Below, one piece after another: positions 56,336-64,000 of a stretch of DNA of 64,000 nt; the first letter of the stretch is position 1; every line of letters starts with the position of its first letter. The notes beneath the pieces were generated by a model. That model had not been told where the DNA came from. It saw only the letters and a program-made list of their open reading frames with translations, and did not search any database. The DNA comes from Chrysomallon squamiferum (lineage: Eukaryota; Animalia; Mollusca). The translations under genes and the position numbers were made by a program. The DNA lies in the NCBI GenBank assembly GCA_012295275.1, contig CM022672.1:12276001-12340000 (forward strand). Reading direction: 5' to 3'.

Positions 56336-57116
56336 TTTGTTAGTAATTTTTTTGTAATCCTGTTAAAAAATGTTTATTTTAGTTTTCATTTCGATATCTT
56401 TTTATCTTTTTTTAAAATACATTTTCTGCAGTGAAAACTTAAAATAAAAATTGAAGTCTTAAATATTTTGCTTGTCTTGTATTTAATTCTAATATGATTA
56501 TTTTAAAAACTTATAAATAAATTAGATGAAATAAGATTTATAATTTGCTACTTTATTTCATTCAATTTATTTGAGAAATTCCTTTCCTGATTTGTCAAAG
56601 AAATACCCCAAAACACAAAAGAATATATGATCTTTACTCATTGGTGGTAGCAAAAATTTTTGCAAAATAAAAATTACAACAAGTTTTTCTTTGTACAAGT
56701 ATTTTTGTTGTTATTGTTATTTACACTTAATTATTTTAATTTTAATCTAACAATCCAGTCTATAAAAAGTTAAAAAAAAAAAAAAAAAAAAAATTTGAAC
56801 AAAATATATAAACACAAAATAAAATATTTAATTAATAAAATATAATGTATAAAAATCCCCCAAAACAATCAAAGAAACAAAAAAAAAAAAATAAATAAAT
56901 AAATAATTAAATAAAAATGATTCAAATGTTTTAAATGAATTGAATAATTAAAAGATTGAATTAGTTTAACTGGTTTCAGTATCTACATTTGTTTAAACTG
57001 AATTTTTATACTCTAATTGACAGTTTTTTCTGACCACAATTTCAGCAAAGACAATAAATTGAAAGATGCAGTTGAATATTTGCATGATGAACATTCAGAC
57101 AGAACAATAAAGTGGG

Positions 57117-60100
57117 TCATACCCACACAGTCTTTGATGCAATGTTCACATCACATGGATGGGGGTGATTCACAGCAGACGGTGGCTGAAATACAACATC
57201 AAATATTTAACATTTTAATAAGCAGAGGTTTTTTTGTTTTTTGGTCTTTTTAATTAGTTATTATTTTTAAATAAGCTATGCTGTTGGCAAAACAAAAATG
57301 TTTACCTTTTATATTAGAAAAAAGATAAACTATTTAATAAAAAAATAAATATTTATAATACGCAAAACATTCAGAATTATAGGATTAATCGAATGTATAA
57401 ATATTATTTTATGCCCAGTGCTACACAGATTAGTAACTGTCATTTTAACACTTTATTCTAATCGATTTAAATTAATAACTGTTTTTTCACAATAAAATAA
57501 TAGTAGAGTTAATGAGTTGTTGTTTTTGTTTTTTTTTAAATTTGGAAGAATATAAAGAAATATTACATGCATTTATTACAATGTTATTTTCATATTTCTA
57601 GTAATTAAAGATTCTAATATAATAACTTTAATAAAATCCTGGATGTTTTTTGTGATTATTCATTCAATTCTTTTATGTGAAATAATAGAATTGAATTTTA
57701 AAAAGTTGACTTTTTTTTTTAGAAAATTCTACAATTAAATTTAAAAAAAAGAAAAGTAAAAGAGATGGACATGCTTGAAGAAGTAGAGTAAAATCTTACT
57801 TTTCTTCGTGATATCAGTTCACGAAACTGATCAATCCAGCTTTGCATATCTTCAGGAGTATCACACTGTAATAGATTAATGTCTTTATTATCCAGTCAAA
57901 ATCTACAAAATATATTTCATATAAAACAATACATAAATGCTTTCAGAGTTCTCACCTTTCACACACAAGCTGATATACACGTCAAGATATTATGCATTCA
58001 TCTATTTAGATAATGGCATTGCTCTATATATTAATCTAGGATAACATTATTTTTTAAAAATCTAGTTGTATTCAAAATGGTTCATTCCTGAAAACACCAT
58101 TTTCATTAGTATGTTGACTCTATTACACAGCTGTACTTACCTGTATAAAAAATATTCTTTTGGTTGTAACTAGCTCAAACATGTTGTCTCTGTTTGGATG
58201 ACCACTGAAACAATTGTGATAAAACACAATTAAAAAGATATACTGGTAGTTAACTAATGAAATAAAGAAAAAACACAAACACACTCAGAAATAACAGAAA
58301 TTAAAATACAGGTTTTTTAAAACAAATTTTAATATTAAACAAAATGAAGATTAATTATAAACTAACACTTATGCTTCATTTAATTAAATTAATTCACGTC
58401 ACACTCTGTATGATATTCTGGTTACTAATCTTTATCAGAACAGTGAAAAAAAAATACACCTTTCAAAGACATTTCATTTCACTGATAAAAAAACTAGCAT
58501 AAACTTAGAAGAAATTTGCAAATTATAGTTATGAACAAAATATTTTTGTTTTTTTTAATTTTAATTTATTATGTAATGTTGATCACAATGCTTGCTGAGT
58601 GTTAAATTTTAAATTCAGTATATGACCAATAAAACATTAAAATGATCAGATTAACTAGTTTATTCAGTGATAAACAGTAAAATATAATTTTGCACCTGTG
58701 AATGGATTAATAATATTAATTTCTATCTTGTTACTTACTCTGTGGGAAGTTTTGCTTCAATAACATCATTTGTTGAGATTGAACGTATTGGCTGTTGATC
58801 CTGAATTAAAATAAACAATTACCTATGAATAAATGTTTGCTTAACAAGATTTTTTGTTAACAGCTATAAACATGAAAGATAGACATTCTGTTTAAACAAA
58901 ATATAAGTGGAAATCCTCTGCTGCTATTTGATGAACTATTTTTATCTTTTAAAAGATGTTTACATTACAACTTCCAATAGATAGGAAAGTATTTTGACAA
59001 ACTAATCTGGTTAGGTTTGGAAGTAAGCAACCAGGCACATAAAGGAGAACAGATAATGTAATCTTTCATATCTATGGTCTATGTTGTGATGTAGGCGCTG
59101 CAGTCTGCTTTTGTAAATAATTATAAATAAAACAATGGTATACCATAATACTGCTGATTGCAGATTTTTATTCATCAGTATTTCAGATTACCTCAAATTA
59201 TAACTCATTTCACTTCATTTTTGTTTAATATTTCACAAACAAAATTTGGCACAAAACTCAGCCAATAAATAAATAAACGTGAAAGTTCACAAATTTTTTA
59301 AACAAGTTTTGCATCTGTTTTGTTTTTTTATAAGAGGAAAAGATTATCTGACTCTCTCTTAAACTTACATTTTCAGATCTATAATAGGAAAACAAATCTT
59401 CTGATAAAACAAAAAATCTTCTCTTCCAACTTTTTCTCTGATAAAAATAAAAAAATAAAAAAATAAAATAAAAAACTTGTAAAACTAAAAATAACACTAT
59501 AACACAAGACAATCTGGAGGTTTTTGCATGAAAAAGAAATTAAAAACTGTATCAAAAAACAAAACACATTATCATTTAACTGAATCACAAACTGTCTGTC
59601 TTCAAAGTGAATGAAACTTTTTTCTTTATCCATGAATAAGATCTAAAATTATTTCTTCCCTAATAATGTTTAATTGATTTGTGATTGTAAATTTTCAAAC
59701 AAACATGGGGACAGATAAATTATTTCATTTGTAACAACTGAATGTTCTTCATGTTAATAATTAAATTTCATAAAATAAATAAATATTTTTAAAAAAATGG
59801 AGGGAATAAAATATAGCTGTACCAAGGCACCCTGTTTAACACAGTATCCAGACTTGATAATTTTTTCTTTTGTTGAGACAGTACTTTCTGGCCAAGCTAA
59901 ACTATCACCATTTGACTGTTCAGGAGCTGGTGGATATTGTTTTATACAGGAAGCTGTAGGACTTGAATCATCATCACTGGCACTTTCTGCAGCACATTCT
60001 TCTGAATGCTGCTAACAGAATACAAACATACTATTTAATATATCAAGAAACACAATGCTTATATTTACTGCAAAAAGAAGAAGCTGAAATTAAAAAGGTT

Positions 60101-62639
60101 GTAGACAAGTATAACATCTTTTCTTTTCTTATAGATTTTTTTTTTAAAGTGTACAAATGTAATCGTCATCATCATTTTATACCAAAATTTAGCCATTTGC
60201 AGATTTGATCAGTTAGTTAAAAAAAAAAAAAATTAAGAAAATAAAGAGAAGGAAAATTGTATGTTGAATTTATTTTGACTATGTAAAAAGAAAACCTAGA
60301 AAAAACATTTCAAAATAACAATCTACAGGCAGGAAATATTCTTGACAAACACAAAGAGTTCATTTTCTTTTTACTCAAAGTATTAGTAAATGCTCAATGA
60401 TAGTTATTTGGAAATGAAATAATGATTAGGAAAATAACGGCAGCAAAACAACGGTGGTAATATAGAACCACATCAGTTACAATATTAATGTTTAAAAAAG
60501 AACAAGCAACTGTATAAAAACCCTATGGCTAATGCCCATTGTTGCACAATACAAACCAAAATATCCTTTCAGATAATACACTAGTTTCAATTTACTTATG
60601 CAACATATTCATATCTAACATTAATAATCATTACACATAATCTATTATGTACATCCAGTTACTTTTAGTGTGCTAACAGAATAGCATTTAACAAAAATGT
60701 GAACATTTATCTACTTATTATTGTAAATAAAGTGAAATAAAATGTGTATTTGTGTAATTTTCAACTAACCTGGATTGGCATTTTCAAAACCACACCACCT
60801 GCAATGTCAGTTACATAACTATGCTGAGTAATGTCCCCTGCTAACCATTCTGCACTTTTTACTGGTTTCACCTCAGACTGTGGTACCTAAATAATTAAAA
60901 TAGTTTTATATTAAATAAAACATTAATAAAAGTAATTATTTATTCTAAAATTTACAACAAAGTGAAATATATTCTTTTATTAAAAATCCCCAACTATTTT
61001 GCAAATGGTAAGGAGCACATTCTGAATTATCTTCACATGGTCACAATAATTTACAACTGATCTTTTATTTTACATTTTCATGAGAAATGATTTCTTCTCA
61101 TAATAAACTGAAACTGACCACTATTATAATATAATGATTTTCACAGTCATAATTCTCTGAGATTACCTTCAAAAGTGTCTAACTGAATTATAAATTTATT
61201 ATACAGTGGCACAAAACCATGATAAAATTCTGTTACAAACACAAACTAACAGTTATTTTGCTAGCATTTCTAATCTCTTCCATCCATTGCAATTTATCTT
61301 CCTCATTCTCAGCTTCCAGAAAGAATCTACGACCAGACACATGTATAGCTGAAAGACAATAACAATAATAAAATTATTCAAATAAAAAACTTGCATTTCT
61401 CACTTGAACATAAGTCATGATAAACCAGATGTATTCTAGGAAACAATTAAGAACCACATTCAGTATCAAGAAACAACATCTATGCAGAATAACAACACAC
61501 ACACACACACACAGATGGCTATCTTTCAAACCCCAAAGACATACATGATTTGATTAAAATTAACCCATTTACTTTTATTTCATGCTAAAACGTAAAACAT
61601 TTAAAAGATCAGAAATTATAAATACTCTCTATGTTCAGACTTACCAAAACATGAATTAATGTGAGGTCTGATTTGTTTAGCATCACTGACCTTTAATGAA
61701 ACAATTAAAAAAATAAAAATAAATAACAAACTGATAAGAAAAGAAACAATAATGTTTTTCAATTGAAATATTTAACTTTTAGGCAAATGTAAATCTAGAA
61801 AGGAGCAGTACAATTTAAATAGATCTTGAATTCCAAATAAAAATTCATATTTTCTAAATAACTTCAACTTTTCATAATGTGCAATCACAAATTGCCAAGT
61901 GTTTAATTGATTAAATAGTTTTATAACAACAAAATAAAAACTTTATGGAAAAAAACGACATGAACTCTTCCACATGTGTCAGTCATTCTGTGAGAATTCC
62001 TATTTTTCTGTTTTGCCACTGCTTAAGTTATCTTGATTATTAGATACATTTCTTTGAAATAGTTTTTAATAATTACCATTGATATATACTGTAATGGAAT
62101 TTCCTCAATAGGAGTTATCCATGCTGGGGGAAGATTCTGAAAAAGGAATAATTCATTACTTATTTAACTGAAGCACTATTATATGCTTCGTATATTAAAA
62201 TTATTATAATATATATGTAACTTGTAAGCATAAATTTGTATTGTGTTGAATAATTATTTATCTTTACCCAGCATGCCATAAAAATAATAATTCAGGATAG
62301 TTAAATTATAAACAGTTTAAACAGTATTAACATTTATATCTATTTTTGAACTTTAATTATAAATAGTATTAATCTAAATATACAAACTGTGCTACTTTGA
62401 GTGTACATTTACATTTTAAATAAATATTAATTTGACAAATACTGTTACTGATGTATATTCTTTTAAAGAAAAGATAAAAAAAAAATTAGAAAGTTTACCA
62501 CTGGATTATCAATATAATAAACAAGTCTTGCACAACTCTGATTCAGAACAAAATATCGCCGAATGAAAACACCACTGTTTTCATCTTGTTCAATATTCAG
62601 AAAACCACAAATCTGACCCAGTTTGTCTCTGTATACCAT
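57117..62639 (-). CDS. PLEKHA1: Tandem PH-domain protein, TAPP1/TAPP2 (PLEKHA1/2) orthologue, ~326 aa
   Basis: 11 phase-compatible exons: 62639-62499 (MVYRDKLGQICGFLNIEQDENSGVFIRRYFVL, matching the TAPP1 N-terminus), 62136-62077, 61690-61645, 61348-61251, 60886-60770 (YVTDIAGGV), 60011-59823 (IIKSGYCVKQGAL), 59437-59369 (RKSWKRRFFVL), 58800-58739, 58204-58141 (RDNMFELVTTKRIFFIQ), 57865-57800 (CDTPEDMQSWI), 57185-57117 (ends KTVWV*, a PDZ-ligand-like C-terminus). Co-orthologous to vertebrate PLEKHA1 and PLEKHA2. Confidence 0.93.
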
Positions 62640-63210
62640 TATTTCACATTACTGATTCATCATTTTTACGTCTAAACAGAAAAAGGAAAAATAAAAACAA
62701 CTGTATAAACATATATTAAAGTTATGAATTAATAAAGTACAAAATAGGCAGCTGCACTTGACATGGAATTGAAGTAAGTTATTGCTGATACATTGTTTCC
62801 ATTATAATAAATTAAATAATAGTACACCAAGATGTATATTTAATACTGTCACTGATGGCTATAATTATGCTAAGAGGATAATCAGATTCCGGAAGTAAAG
62901 AGTTAGTCCAATGTTTTGTTACAAACTGTGGAAGAAAAAAACCAAACATAAAATGAGAAAAGTATCATAAACGCATAAAAAAAACATCAATAAATGAACT
63001 AACAGTAGATCTATGACAGTCTGACAGCCTAATTAAATATTAAGTTACATTTACTACTAACTTCTTAAAGTTTTAAATATGAAACTTAATTTAATATCAT
63101 ACCACAATATTTTGAAAAAGCCGTTCAATTGACAATTGTTCGTATATCCATGCTTAGACCAACCATTACTTATCTTCTGTTGTACTTTCAACCCATCATG
63201 GAAAATCAAA

Positions 63211-63281
<71 letters not shown>

Positions 63282-63393
63282 ATACGAACGCAAGTTTGTA
63301 TCTAGGCATGTAGTTATGTGACACTGACTGTATCATGTATATGTAAATATTTTAGTCAATACGAAATCTTAATATAGTTCACTGTCGGATCTA

Positions 63394-63450
63394 GTGTGTG
63401 TGTGTGTGTGAGTGTGTGTGTGTACACACACACACACACACACACACACA
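63394..63450. repeat. Palindromic (TG)n-(CA)n microsatellite junction
   Basis: About 15 GT units directly followed by about 13 AC units, centred on 63423-63424, with one mismatch at 63411. Confidence 0.9.
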
Positions 63451-64000
63451 TAATTATATATACACAAGAAATTCAGTATTAAACATAAAATGCTCTAGAT
63501 ATTAATGATAATTTAAAAAAGCAAATATATATATACATAAACAAAAGAAAAAACGGAGCAGTACTCAAATCAAAGGAACTACAGAAAGCAACACCAAACA
63601 AGCAAGGGACGTCACTCTACGCGGGTGAACTAAATACTTGTTTGTGCTTGTAAACTATTGTAAACACTAAATAGGGATATGGTCATGGATTACGAATTGA
63701 CGTAACAGAGTTGATTGTAAAACTTCACTATGGACAGACGAAATTTTAAAAAAGTTGACGATGACTCTAAATATATAAAGATCAAACAAACGAACCTAGT
63801 GGGTGATACTGATAATCCGTGGCATTTGCAAACTGACACCAACAGTCGCGATGAGAGTGATAGTGCCGTTCAGACTCATAATCTGCAAAGTTGTTTAACT
63901 TTAAAAGCTTACAGTCAGCATGTCAGATCACCTGCTAAATATAAAGCAAAATCAGACCAGTAAGAATTCATATTATTTTGAACGTAGTACTGATTTTATA

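Overview
AT-rich, intron-rich animal DNA with many microsatellites. The repeat content suggests a mollusc, possibly a gastropod, but this is inference. I hand-spliced four genes. (1) The 5' part of a minus-strand PARP14/PARP10-like gene: a long acidic repeat exon followed by tandem phase-1 exons encoding RRM-like domains, running off the left edge. (2) Protein O-GlcNAcase (OGA/MGEA5), plus strand, 10443-23019. (3) A 23-exon, ~1360-aa minus-strand receptor (43135-27669). Its architecture is unfamiliar to me: signal peptide, usherin-type N-terminus (LamG-like, laminin N-terminal, ~4.5 laminin-EGF repeats), three MET/plexin-type IPT domains, a TM helix, an atypical RYK/MET-like tyrosine kinase domain (HKD, DGA instead of DFG, no Gly-rich loop) and a tail with several YxN motifs. 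(4) A TAPP1/2-type tandem-PH gene (PLEKHA1/2-like), minus strand, 62639-57117. Mobile DNA includes a deleted Tigger/pogo element, a hAT-type MITE and degenerate SINE-like fragments. Main leads: the usherin-IPT-kinase chimeric receptor; two equally spaced ISRE-containing promoter/first-exon modules upstream of the PARP14-like gene; cassette and poison-exon candidates in the OGA introns that match the regulated vertebrate OGA introns; and two single-base frameshifts that are probably assembly errors.
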